Part shown: piece after piece, positions 18,915 to 28,705 of the stretch
Layout: every line of letters starts with the position of its first letter
How positions within the stretch are numbered: position 1 is the stretch's first letter
Virus record (IMG/VR): IMGVR_UViG_3300035190_001334
Location: 64,001-128,000 of that record
Strand: one strand, 5' to 3'
Source: a virus
Length of the DNA: 64,000 nt
Position numbers and translations under genes: made by a program
The notes under the pieces: model-generated
Seen by the model: the letters and a program-made list of their open reading frames with translations, nothing else
What the model was told of the DNA's origin: nothing
Database searches by the model: none

Positions 18915-20496
18915 TACTGACACTTCGAGCTACCTTATTTACAATATTCTTTTCTGCCCCAACAAAATTGAGTGCTTCAAGTCCTGATTCTACTATGCGG
19001 GGTAAGTTGGCTGCATCTGGTACGGGCAATCGAGGTGTTGTAAACGTCGAGTAAATAGCTTTGGCTGTGGCATTGCCTAGTGATTTGTTAGATGCTAGTA
19101 GTGCAAGTCCAGCGACGAATGCAGTAGCAGCGATAGCAATCTTAATTGGTGTACCTAAGCCGCCTTGTGGTGGACGATTTGGAGGTTGTTTTTTAGGGTC
19201 AAAATCTTCTTCGTCAATGTCTTCCGAGAGCGAGTAATAACACATACAACTACAATGGAAAGGTATAGAAGGTTTGCTGTGATTCCGCCACACGGTAGGG
19301 TTTCCGCGTTTGTAGTTAATAACATCCCCTCCGCTTCTTTGATTCTCTATTATCTCGAACAAGTAGTATTCAAGACCATCTTGAAGTTCACAATCTTCAC
19401 ATGGTACTGGGTCAGTTCTCTTACTTCCACTTGCTAATCTCTTGTACCTACTAATCAGTGCGTATTCCCTATCAACATTCCATCTAAAGCGTTTGTATCT
19501 ATCAGCTTTACCTCCAAATGCCGCTACCTTCCCGAAGTTGTATGCAATTGCCAACTCGGTCTTCACAATTACATCTGGCGACTGTTGCTTAAACGCGCCT
19601 TGCAAGCCTTGCTGGTCTTTGTTGATAATGTTCCTAATCCTTACTTTGAGAAGGTTAAGGTCGTATTCGTACTTGTTACGTTGAGATTTGATGTTAGTGA
19701 TGTACTCTCGATTATCAGCTAAGAATAATGCAACAGCCTTACGAATTTGCTTGTTACTTTCGGCTGAGTATGATGTTTGCAATACTCGACGACGCTTACC
19801 TAAGTAGTTACTTGATATGAAGTTCTGTTTCTCGTCGTTATTACCATATAAGAAGTTCATCATGGCAGCTTTACCTGCATTAGTGCTGTCACTAATCTTG
19901 TTGAGCATATAGACATTACGAGAGACTTCATCAGCTATCTTGACACGCTCTTGTATCTTGGCAACATCGTTAATATTCGTTTGTTCAGCACGTTGATTAA
20001 GAAGGTTGTTAACTGCATTGCGGGTCAAACTATACCTAATCTTATTTTTGTTCTCTGCCTCGTAACTCTTTGGTGCTGCGGCAAACTCTACCGACAGTTC
20101 CTTGGTGTCTTCTGTTATTACTTGCGTGTCGAAGTATTTACGAATATCATCATCGCCATACTCGTACAAATAGTCGTACATCTGATGTCTCAGCGCCAAT
20201 TTAATCATTGACTCGAAGTTAGTAGTCAGAACTTTACCGAACTCGACCTGCACCTTAGCAAAATACTTGTTAGTGATATCACTCACATTCTTTTCTGCAA
20301 ACTTGTCGAAGATGGTGCTTGGTACTTCATAGATGCTGGTATTCGATTTGGCAATCCACTTAGCTAGTTCATCGACAAAGGTGTTCTTAGCAAAGTCACT
20401 GTTGATTGCTCTGCGAACTTGCAGAACTGACTCAGCCAACGCTTTGAAATATTCTTGCGTCTTGAACTCTTTGAAGCTATTGGACTGTTTTCGCAT
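18904..20496 (-). CDS. MuF/SPP1 gp7-like head morphogenesis protein with C-terminal hydrophobic helix
   Basis: KTELAIAYNFG, CEDC, PFHCSCMC; TM-like IAIAATAFVAGLALLA. Confidence 0.72.
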   Translation of the reverse strand: MRKQSNSFKEFKTQEYFKALAESVLQVRRAINSDFAKNTFVDELAKWIAKSNTSIYEVPSTIFDKFAEKNVSDITNKYFAKVQVEFGKVLTTNFESMIKLALRHQMYDYLYEYGDDDIRKYFDTQVITEDTKELSVEFAAAPKSYEAENKNKIRYSLTRNAVNNLLNQRAEQTNINDVAKIQERVKIADEVSRNVYMLNKISDSTNAGKAAMMNFLYGNNDEKQNFISSNYLGKRRRVLQTSYSAESNKQIRKAVALFLADNREYITNIKSQRNKYEYDLNLLKVRIRNIINKDQQGLQGAFKQQSPDVIVKTELAIAYNFGKVAAFGGKADRYKRFRWNVDREYALISRYKRLASGSKRTDPVPCEDCELQDGLEYYLFEIIENQRSGGDVINYKRGNPTVWRNHSKPSIPFHCSCMCYYSLSEDIDEEDFDPKKQPPNRPPQGGLGTPIKIAIAATAFVAGLALLASNKSLGNATAKAIYSTFTTPRLPVPDAANLPRIVESGLEALNFVGAEKNIVNKVARSVSIIS

Positions 20497-20534
20497 CGTG
20501 GTAGACTTGGAATTGATATGTATATTACTTCATT

Positions 20535-21092
20535 ATGACACAACTTACACCCGAACCTTACGTCGATACCGTAAGGAAGCAGAAAGAGAAAGACCTTATC
20601 AATGTGACTAAAAAGACGCGCAAGCACATACCAGCTTACGTTTTCCAAGCTCATGCCAATTTACTTGAGCGATTTCCAGACTCAGGACATTTTCTAACTC
20701 CAGCATTTGTCTACCAAACACTTCGCGAAATTACCAAGGCAGCTAAGGCTCAACTATGTGCTGATGAAACTTCGACCATTGACATTTTTGGTTTGGGCAA
20801 ATTAGTACTACTCCGCAAGAAAGCATACAGGAGCGAAGACAAGACCAAGCAGCAACTATATTTGAAGTTCAGGCACTCCAATGTCTTCTTGTATGAAATT
20901 CGCAGACATCACGGTACAGCTACACCAGCCGAACTCAAGATGCTGGAAAAGTCTGACAACTATATGAAGGAATTGCAAGCCAAACGGGAGAAATTTTTAC
21001 GCGAACGAGAAATGAAGAGGAAGGGTGAACTGGATGAACTTGACCCAAGCAATTATTTGAGTCAATTTTCAGGTGTTCTTGACCTTAATTAG
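20535..21092 (+). CDS. HU/IHF-like DNA-binding protein
   Basis: IDIFGLGKL...LKFRHS HU signature. Confidence 0.65.
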   Translation: MTQLTPEPYVDTVRKQKEKDLINVTKKTRKHIPAYVFQAHANLLERFPDSGHFLTPAFVYQTLREITKAAKAQLCADETSTIDIFGLGKLVLLRKKAYRSEDKTKQQLYLKFRHSNVFLYEIRRHHGTATPAELKMLEKSDNYMKELQAKREKFLREREMKRKGELDELDPSNYLSQFSGVLDLN

Positions 21093-24000
21093 ATTGCATA
21101 AGCACTACTAGGTGGTGCAAAGCTTGCACCGTTGTAAAGCGAGATTCTTCGATACACCACAAAAGAATCCAAGTTGATGTTCAAGCCGCTTGTAGTTATT
21201 GCAGTGGCTTGTCCTATTTGTGCAGGTGTATTCCAGTCACGGTACTCGTAGTCATCAGCAGCTTCGTATACTCGAACTCCACCAACATACAACCTTAGTA
21301 TTCCATTTTGTCTTGTCAGAGCAATGTGGTTGAATACAGTCGAGGATAGGGACAAAGCTACAGAAAAGAGAGCAAGCCCAAGTATTAGAGAGCGCCCTAA
21401 GTATAATCGGTCGGCAGAAAAGAACAGTGAGAGTCCTTGTTGTGTGTAGATGTTAACCACCTCACCATTGGTAGCTTGGTCAGTAAGCAGCCAACCCGCA
21501 ATTGTAAAATCGCCCGACAGAAAAGAGAAGTCTGAGTCATTTGGTATTTGCACATAAGCTGGTACACTGTTTTTGGAAATAGGAAAGCTAGCGGCTCCGA
21601 ACTTTTTGGTAACGGTGTCAAGTACCGAGATGTTGCTGGTCAAGGTCTTGGAGCGATAACTTTGGTCAATAATACTGCTATCGAAGTTCAGTAACGTAAC
21701 TATTTTAGCTGGCTGGTAGTAGTCGCGAATGCTTCGCTCGATGGCAGAAAAAGAAGTTGGACTAATCTTGTAGTCCACAATACAAAACATGGCTACACTG
21801 CCTTTTACACTCCTGTCCTCGAACACCCTGTCCTTAGCAATGGAATTGATGGTAACTAGGTCAGTTGAGTTGAAAATGACTACGCTTAACGATTCTTCAG
21901 GTAGCACATAATCACGCTCTCTTTCTGCCCCGTTCGCCCAAACGTCCCCGTAGAAGTCATTTGCCAGTAATTCTCCATTGTTCCCAGAATTGAAAATGTT
22001 GTTGCTATCCTGACCAAATAAGAAAGCTGCACCAGTTTGCCCTGCTTTGCGAATGTAAGCCATGACGAAGCAGTAACCACTACTTGTGCTGGGAGTGCCG
22101 AAGTCGAGGTGCGAAGAGCCATCTATCTCAAATCGAGCCGCAGGTAGTCCATCGAGTTGAGTTGGTGTTGTGTAATTCACTGCGTTCGTCGATATTAATT
22201 CCTGACCATTTGTGCGATACTCATCAAGTTGAAGTATGTTGCCGCTTGATAGTGTAACGGTTTCAGGTGTGACGATGAAAAATGAACTGAAGGTATTAAG
22301 CAGTCCTTTCAAGTTGATGTAAAGCTGATTAGTAAGTAAAGTGATGCTGACGTTAAAACTGAAAGTGACAGACTCGGTAGCTGTGTAGGTTCGGATGGTG
22401 AAACTGATAAAATCGTCGGTCGGGCAAGTGAATGTAAGGTCGTTGCCAGTTATTGTTGCCGAGTAGTGGTTGACCAGTATTTCATAGCTGACTGCATTAC
22501 CAGCAATTTCAGTGACCTTTTTGTCGAGGTTAACAATAACGTCAGAGCTATACCTGAACTCAGTTGAAGTGTTAAACAACAGTAAAGTAGAATCAAAAAA
22601 CTTGTTGGCTAGTAAGTGTGTAGCTTCTGCAAGTTCAGCTTCGCTCAATGCAACAGACCAGCCAATGAAATACAGTAGTTCCCCTTTCAGTTGAGAAGAG
22701 AATCCACTAAAGCCTATTGAAGAAGTTGCATTAGTAGCCGCGATGATTGCGCCGTAGTCTATGGGTTGGCGATAATTAAAAGTATTGACCCCAACTTTGT
22801 TGACTTTTGTGTTCAACTGCGTTATAGCTGTAGTTCCAAACACATCATCACTGGTTCCTGTAGTCCAAAGAACACCATTGGCAAATATATCTGGAAAGCC
22901 GTTAGCCATGAAGCGTTCACCAGTTTGTTTCTGCTTATATACCCAAATGAAGGTTTTGCAATTGACTGAAGTGCCTGAGAGTGAACGAGGATTGAGAGAA
23001 CTATTGGTGATGAAGGAAGAGGTCGTACCGTTGTAAGTTATTTGGTTGACCGAATCGGCTGTGCTGGTGACGTACAGAGGCTTATCAGGTAATCGGCGTG
23101 AGTCTTCCCATTTAGTTATGTTGCCAAAATTATCGGTGTAAATTCCGTAAGGTATGTCATCTACATCTTTTAACGTGGAAAGTGATACCGCTATGTTTGA
23201 TTGTTGTGGTAAGTCAAGAATAAAGGGGTCTGCTATTACAGTTTCTAGTGAAAAACTAAAATAAGACACCATACTATTGCTGTTAGTGATGCTGATGCTA
23301 AAACTACCATCAAAAACTTCAGGTATATAACCTGATAAAACTGAACCTGTGAAGCTTAGTCCTAAGCCACTTGGAGATATATAGCTGTACGAAGTGATAT
23401 CAAAAAATTCGTCAATTGCAATAGTCGCAAAGTCAAAGCTAAAATAAGCCCCAACAAATGCTCTAAATGAAGGTTGAGATGAAATAACTACACCATTGTA
23501 AGCAATATATATTTGAGCTAACTTAGCTTCTACTGATGCCAATATATCTAACGGGCAAGGTGATGATGATGTGATGATTGCAGCTATTTTTCCACGAACA
23601 CTGAAGTTGCTAGTCCCATTTTTACCCCCAAAACCTGTAATAGTTTCATACTCGTTGCTATTGGATATGTTGGTGACACTTAAAATTCTTGAGGTGTTAA
23701 GGGGAACGAACGTTGTTGGTGCTACTGCTCGACTATTTATTCTTGATGTGGCATTGTAAATAGAGTTGCCAGCTAAAGGCTGCTCTGACCAAAGCGAAGC
23801 GCCACCAGAAGGAAAAGCATCATAAAGAAAAGGTGGGTCGCCTAGTGTTTGACGAGGGGCATATATTAGAAAACTACCTGACTCCCTTGTAAGGTAAACG
23901 AGAATAATTGTACCTACATTGATAGGTCTGTTGAAAAATAGTTGTTGATTACCAGTATCTGAGAAGTTTATGCTTGGCTGATTATTAAACTGGCTATCAT

Positions 24001-24241
24001 TAGGTATTAATGTAGGTCTATTGCTTGTAGCTTGTAGATAGTTACCATCGAAAAGCAAGTTGTAAATGGTTTGGACTTGATTGTTGTCTCCAGTAGTACC
24101 TATCTTCGAGAACTCTAGATATTCTGGGTCACATAAATACAGACCATTCAAATCTGGTATTAACTTTGCAACGTCATAAACCTGACTAGTATATGAGTAA
24201 CCACCAGAAAAAGAATGATTAAATGCTGCCGATAATTTCAT
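21089..24241 (-). CDS. Large tail fibre/receptor-binding protein with LamG (ConA-like) domains
   Basis: 1050 aa, Ser/Thr-rich; C-terminal DFTIAGW...FNHIALTR...LYVGG LamG motif; internal repeats. Confidence 0.7.
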   Translation of the reverse strand: MKLSAAFNHSFSGGYSYTSQVYDVAKLIPDLNGLYLCDPEYLEFSKIGTTGDNNQVQTIYNLLFDGNYLQATSNRPTLIPNDSQFNNQPSINFSDTGNQQLFFNRPINVGTIILVYLTRESGSFLIYAPRQTLGDPPFLYDAFPSGGASLWSEQPLAGNSIYNATSRINSRAVAPTTFVPLNTSRILSVTNISNSNEYETITGFGGKNGTSNFSVRGKIAAIITSSSPCPLDILASVEAKLAQIYIAYNGVVISSQPSFRAFVGAYFSFDFATIAIDEFFDITSYSYISPSGLGLSFTGSVLSGYIPEVFDGSFSISITNSNSMVSYFSFSLETVIADPFILDLPQQSNIAVSLSTLKDVDDIPYGIYTDNFGNITKWEDSRRLPDKPLYVTSTADSVNQITYNGTTSSFITNSSLNPRSLSGTSVNCKTFIWVYKQKQTGERFMANGFPDIFANGVLWTTGTSDDVFGTTAITQLNTKVNKVGVNTFNYRQPIDYGAIIAATNATSSIGFSGFSSQLKGELLYFIGWSVALSEAELAEATHLLANKFFDSTLLLFNTSTEFRYSSDVIVNLDKKVTEIAGNAVSYEILVNHYSATITGNDLTFTCPTDDFISFTIRTYTATESVTFSFNVSITLLTNQLYINLKGLLNTFSSFFIVTPETVTLSSGNILQLDEYRTNGQELISTNAVNYTTPTQLDGLPAARFEIDGSSHLDFGTPSTSSGYCFVMAYIRKAGQTGAAFLFGQDSNNIFNSGNNGELLANDFYGDVWANGAERERDYVLPEESLSVVIFNSTDLVTINSIAKDRVFEDRSVKGSVAMFCIVDYKISPTSFSAIERSIRDYYQPAKIVTLLNFDSSIIDQSYRSKTLTSNISVLDTVTKKFGAASFPISKNSVPAYVQIPNDSDFSFLSGDFTIAGWLLTDQATNGEVVNIYTQQGLSLFFSADRLYLGRSLILGLALFSVALSLSSTVFNHIALTRQNGILRLYVGGVRVYEAADDYEYRDWNTPAQIGQATAITTSGLNINLDSFVVYRRISLYNGASFAPPSSAYAI

Positions 24242-24746
24242 CGAGCTTCACTTTGGTATAGGCTATGAGGAGATTAGCCACAATATTTTTTGAGTTAGGG
24301 AATTGCAAGTCCTTCCATGTCTGCAAGAATAGCAACCACCCCCCGTCTTTGGTCACGTAATTCTTTATTGTATCAAGCTCTGCTTCACTTAGAGGTACAG
24401 TTGTTTTGGTCTTAGTAGCTACTAACTGAGGTAAGGGAGGAAGTACGGCACAGTCAGGACAATCACGCACTACTGACCGCCAAGCCTCGACTGCATCTTT
24501 TGTTGCTTTTGTAAGATGTTTCGCGCTACTTACCCAGTCCACACTTGCCAATACTTCTTTTCTGCGCTCTTGGCTTACACCTATTTGTTGTGGTGCAATT
24601 TCTTCAGGTGCAGGAGTAAACCCATACAAAGATAAGGTGTCGTCATCAATATAGGACGGCTCTACTACCGTACCCAATTCGTTGAGCAGCAATAATATGG
24701 CTCTAGCACGATTTATTAATTGACCTTCCTTGTTTCTGTACAGCAT
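24219..24746 (-). CDS. Putative tail fibre assembly protein
   Basis: DW...WRSVVRD-P motif resembling YRQALRDLP chaperones. Confidence 0.45.
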   Translation of the reverse strand: MLYRNKEGQLINRARAILLLLNELGTVVEPSYIDDDTLSLYGFTPAPEEIAPQQIGVSQERRKEVLASVDWVSSAKHLTKATKDAVEAWRSVVRDCPDCAVLPPLPQLVATKTKTTVPLSEAELDTIKNYVTKDGGWLLFLQTWKDLQFPNSKNIVANLLIAYTKVKLDEIIGSI

Positions 24747-24752
24747 TGGTGG

Positions 24753-25508
24753 CTACAAACCTAATTTTTTCTTTATCCAGTGTACCACTTTAGTCGTCCT
24801 AGAAGTGCCTCTGTCGTATATAAGGCTGTTTACTCGCATCACTTTTTGATAAGCCGAGTTTGTAACAGAGGAACTCCAACCAACTTCCCCTCCTCTAGAT
24901 ACTTCACATTTTTCAGGGCTGTCGTATTGAATGAAAATAGCTCCATAAGGGTCGGTGAGAACGTCATCTTGAAGCAACATCACATACTGACCAAACATAT
25001 AGCAATTAATTAAGAATCTGCGTTGCTGGATAGATATAGTTGGCAAATCTCTATTAATGTGAATAAAAGTTTTGTGAGCGCCAAGCGTTTTTAAAAATTC
25101 ATAGTCATTAGAACTGAAAACGGAAATTGTATCTAAGTCTTTTGTTTTATGAAGCACAGACTCTACGCCAAATCTAGTAGCTTCTGCAAGAGTTGAAATT
25201 CTGCGCCAATGGTAAAGGGTATTCTGTTTACCGTTGTGGAAGCCTGTAATGAGTACTCTATCGGCTTGAGTCAATTCACGTAACTCTACCGCTATATCGT
25301 CAAGATTTTCAAGTAACTGCAAATCCGCCCCACGTAAAAGGTCTATAGCAAATCCCACTGGTTTAGACTTAAGGATAAGCACCAAATTCGTGATAAAAAT
25401 GAGGGTCAGCAATAGCGGTGTAGATTGTGGAGGAAGAGTCACAGGATACCCGAATATATCTAAAGAGGGATTCTCAGTTTGCTGACCCTCATATTGCTTA
25501 AGTCCCAT
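24753..25508 (-). CDS. Single-TM GAF-like protein, possible T4-T-type holin
   Basis: N-terminal TM LLLTLIFITNLVLIL; ADRVLITGFHNG GAF-like strand. Confidence 0.45.
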   Translation of the reverse strand: MGLKQYEGQQTENPSLDIFGYPVTLPPQSTPLLLTLIFITNLVLILKSKPVGFAIDLLRGADLQLLENLDDIAVELRELTQADRVLITGFHNGKQNTLYHWRRISTLAEATRFGVESVLHKTKDLDTISVFSSNDYEFLKTLGAHKTFIHINRDLPTISIQQRRFLINCYMFGQYVMLLQDDVLTDPYGAIFIQYDSPEKCEVSRGGEVGWSSSVTNSAYQKVMRVNSLIYDRGTSRTTKVVHWIKKKLGL

Positions 25509-26493
25509 TAGAAAATGACCCCATATTACGATTTTTGTGTAAAATAACTACTTTTATCTTAACATCATCCTTATATATCAGTAAGGTGTAGGTATTCTCT
25601 GGTTTGCTTATCTTAGGTAAATATCCGTTCTCAAATCTTATATCTGCATCTGCTTTGAAACTTACAATACCAGTAAAATTACTTAGATTGAGAGTGAAAA
25701 ACTTAAGGTGGTTGTTATTAATAACTAGTTGTATGTTCAGTACCTTCACTCCGTTGGTGCAGACTACGTTAGTTTCGGAATGTTGGATAGTGTCAATAAT
25801 GAGACTTGATAGTGGCTGTGTTGCTGATATGTTTTGGCAGTTATATATTAGATTATTAAGTGATTTTCCATTGCAGTTAAGCGCACCTCCAAGTACAGGC
25901 GACCTATCCCACCTAATACTTAATGGAAGCACTTTTTTAGTGTTACCAAAACCCCCTTGATTAGTTGGAGCAAAATTAGATACTAGGCAAGCATAAGGTA
26001 TCGGAGCTAACTCATACTCTATATCATCAAATTTACTTAGTGCTGAAGCTTCAGGGGCATAGTACCACTCTTCGTTTGAGGCATTATAAGTTAGTGCATA
26101 TTTGTTTCGCGCTACCGTATCAACTACATCACTCAGTTGTTTTATCTGATATTCTTTTCTGACCGTGTTAATCACTTGCCCCAAAGAGTTAACTGCCAAG
26201 TAAGTGTCAGCACCACCTATTACTACACCTGAAATATCTCTTAAGTAGATGTTAGGTACGGTTGTCGTTAGTTGCCCTTTGTAAAAACGAAGGATAGCTC
26301 CATCAGAGTATGTATAGTACTTAATAAAGTCTTTAAGGTTGCGTTTGCTATTACCTACAATTGCTACACTATTTTTATATGTCTTTGTGGTTATGTTTTT
26401 AGACATAAATCCTAAAAGCAAAGTGCCTACAGGAATCAGATTGTAGTCAGCAGTATTTTCATTTACTGTATGTGGAAATATGCTAACGCTCAT
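25498..26493 (-). CDS. Tail fibre-associated structural protein
   Basis: QLSDV repeat and D-x-x-P-x-LG-x-x-LN motif shared with 26490-28331. Confidence 0.55.
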   Translation of the reverse strand: MSVSIFPHTVNENTADYNLIPVGTLLLGFMSKNITTKTYKNSVAIVGNSKRNLKDFIKYYTYSDGAILRFYKGQLTTTVPNIYLRDISGVVIGGADTYLAVNSLGQVINTVRKEYQIKQLSDVVDTVARNKYALTYNASNEEWYYAPEASALSKFDDIEYELAPIPYACLVSNFAPTNQGGFGNTKKVLPLSIRWDRSPVLGGALNCNGKSLNNLIYNCQNISATQPLSSLIIDTIQHSETNVVCTNGVKVLNIQLVINNNHLKFFTLNLSNFTGIVSFKADADIRFENGYLPKISKPENTYTLLIYKDDVKIKVVILHKNRNMGSFSNGT

Positions 26494-28331
26494 GAGAATA
26501 TCTGATTACCAATACTGTGGTGAAAGTAATTGAACGACTGCGAGTGAACTACATCTTCAAGACCACCCAAGCGCCCAAACCTCATAGCTGGAGGCTGATA
26601 AACTGCATCTGTATAGCGACCTTTACCTACCGTCAATCGAACTGAATCAAGTCGCCCAATCATACTTATAGTTGCCGAAGAGATAGCTAAATTAGTAACT
26701 CCAGAATCAATCATAAGCCCTGTTTTTTCTGTCAGCAATTGACCATCACAATGCACCTTGATGCTCGTCCCAACTCGCGTGACAGAAAAGAATATGTAGC
26801 GGCTGTTCTGGTATCTAAAAAGTCGGTTGGCGTTATCAAATGTGTAGGTGTTAGCGCCAATAACCAGAGTGAACGTGAGGTTTTGTGTACTGGTTGTTAA
26901 TTGACCTGTATAACTAATCTTAAAGTTGGTTGAGTCAAAATATTTGTGTGTGACTGACGTAGTTGATTCGTAAAATGCTGTGTTTTGGTATTGCAGATAA
27001 AATTCAAATGTGAAGTCGCCTGTGACATTGATAGTGGCAGCAGGGGTGATGGTAATGGTGTCGATGCTGTTATCGAACTCTGCAATTTGGTTAGGGATGC
27101 CGAAGGTCGTGATGTCAGTATCTTGTTGCGTTACCCCTAATATTGCAACTGGAACTGATAAGCTACTCTTGTCCTCATACCAAAGCTTGCTGCGCCATGA
27201 TTGCGCCTCAAAGTCTAGCAGTAGTTTGACGTACTTGAAATAGTCGTCGTATAGTTTAGGAGCCGCCAGTAGTTGTGCTTGGTTATCTACGATGTCATAT
27301 CGCCATGCAGGTATTCCGCCTTGCCCCAGCGCAGCTATATTAAGTGCAGTTGCTGTGACGTAAGTGGTAATTGTTCCCCCGACGTTCTGAACCAGTACTG
27401 TGATGATGTCAGTTTTGCCATTGCCTGATAGCTTAATCGCTCTACCATCTTCGTACTTGACGTTAGTTAGACCGCCAATGAGAATTTGACCAGTGTTTTG
27501 CCGTATCTCAATCAACATCACGGCTGCTTGATTACTCGCTGGCGCGATTTGTGGCAACAAGATACACTGTGATTGAGTTTCTACGGCTACACCCGTTACA
27601 ATCCAATAATCCGCAGTAGCATAAGGCAGATTAATAGTGGGAGCATTACCCACCACTGTACCAATATTAGTAAAAGAATTATAAAGATAATTGCCATTGG
27701 CGTTGAGGTTTGCACCCAATGTCGGATTAGGGTCACGAACAATTTGCAGGTCTTGATTGCTCCAGACAGTCCCGCCAACATCAAGTGAAAGTATTTGGAA
27801 TCGGTGTGGGTCGTCTACTAATCCTGTAGTTGGAGTTATCTCAACGTCATCAAGTTCATTTACTAAGTTGATTCTATTGCGAGGCTTCCATCTTGCTGCG
27901 GTTGCGTCCCAATACAGTACTTGATTGTTTTCCAGTGTGCTTAAATCTACGTCTGTAAGCTGTGATAATGCATAATCTGGACTTGCATTCACATAGGCTT
28001 CACGAAGCGCGTCATAGCGCAAATACTGTCCATTTGTGGGACTGTTTATTTCTACATCACTAAGTCTAGTGAGACTGCCAATCTGCGACGCTGCTGTAAA
28101 ACCGTTGCCTTGCTTGACTAGGAAATCGCCTTCACGCGCATTAGTTATATTGACATCTTGAAGCTCCGTAAACTTCTGAACCCCCTTGCCAATCTCCAGT
28201 ACTTTGCCAGTGAAGTCCTTCGTATAAAGAACTGCTTGCTCATCTTTAATTGCCAAGACAAGTTCACCAACAGCAATTTCGTGTGGTGCTGGTAGTGAGT
28301 CATTGTTGAGAGTATGCTTAAGTATTGACAC
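26490..28331 (-). CDS. Tail fibre protein with LxDV repeats and C-terminal LamG domain
   Basis: Repeats ELQDV, RLSDV, QLTDV, ELDDV; GDFTFEF...DSVRLTVGKGRY. Confidence 0.7.
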   Translation of the reverse strand: MSILKHTLNNDSLPAPHEIAVGELVLAIKDEQAVLYTKDFTGKVLEIGKGVQKFTELQDVNITNAREGDFLVKQGNGFTAASQIGSLTRLSDVEINSPTNGQYLRYDALREAYVNASPDYALSQLTDVDLSTLENNQVLYWDATAARWKPRNRINLVNELDDVEITPTTGLVDDPHRFQILSLDVGGTVWSNQDLQIVRDPNPTLGANLNANGNYLYNSFTNIGTVVGNAPTINLPYATADYWIVTGVAVETQSQCILLPQIAPASNQAAVMLIEIRQNTGQILIGGLTNVKYEDGRAIKLSGNGKTDIITVLVQNVGGTITTYVTATALNIAALGQGGIPAWRYDIVDNQAQLLAAPKLYDDYFKYVKLLLDFEAQSWRSKLWYEDKSSLSVPVAILGVTQQDTDITTFGIPNQIAEFDNSIDTITITPAATINVTGDFTFEFYLQYQNTAFYESTTSVTHKYFDSTNFKISYTGQLTTSTQNLTFTLVIGANTYTFDNANRLFRYQNSRYIFFSVTRVGTSIKVHCDGQLLTEKTGLMIDSGVTNLAISSATISMIGRLDSVRLTVGKGRYTDAVYQPPAMRFGRLGGLEDVVHSQSFNYFHHSIGNQIFS

Positions 28332-28695
28332 AAGCTGGTGTTAATTGGTTATCTAGGCGTTCAAGATATTCAAGGCTGGTTAGGTCATGTTCAATAAGGC
28401 TAAGTATCCTGATGATTCCATAGAGGTCGCCTATGTCTGCTAATTTATTGAGGTTATACTTCTTCCAGTCGTTTGCAATTTTATAAAGTAGGTCAAAATC
28501 GTTTTGGTACAAGAACTCACCAGCCAGATACAGCACCTGAGACAGAAAATACAACTGGCGTTGTTGAGTACTTAAATCTAGAGCCACTACAAGGTCGCGC
28601 CAATGAAGCATAAACATTTTGACCTTAGCCATTGGGAAGGATAGCGAGGCGCTGTATACTATTTTGTCTGTGATGTAGTCTTTGGGGTTGGTCAT
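28318..28695 (-). CDS. Hypothetical protein
   Basis: Start reassigned to MTNPKDY (28695), just downstream of terL. Confidence 0.55.
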   Translation of the reverse strand: MTNPKDYITDKIVYSASLSFPMAKVKMFMLHWRDLVVALDLSTQQRQLYFLSQVLYLAGEFLYQNDFDLLYKIANDWKKYNLNKLADIGDLYGIIRILSLIEHDLTSLEYLERLDNQLTPACVNT

Positions 28696-28705
28696 GCGGT
28701 TAGGT

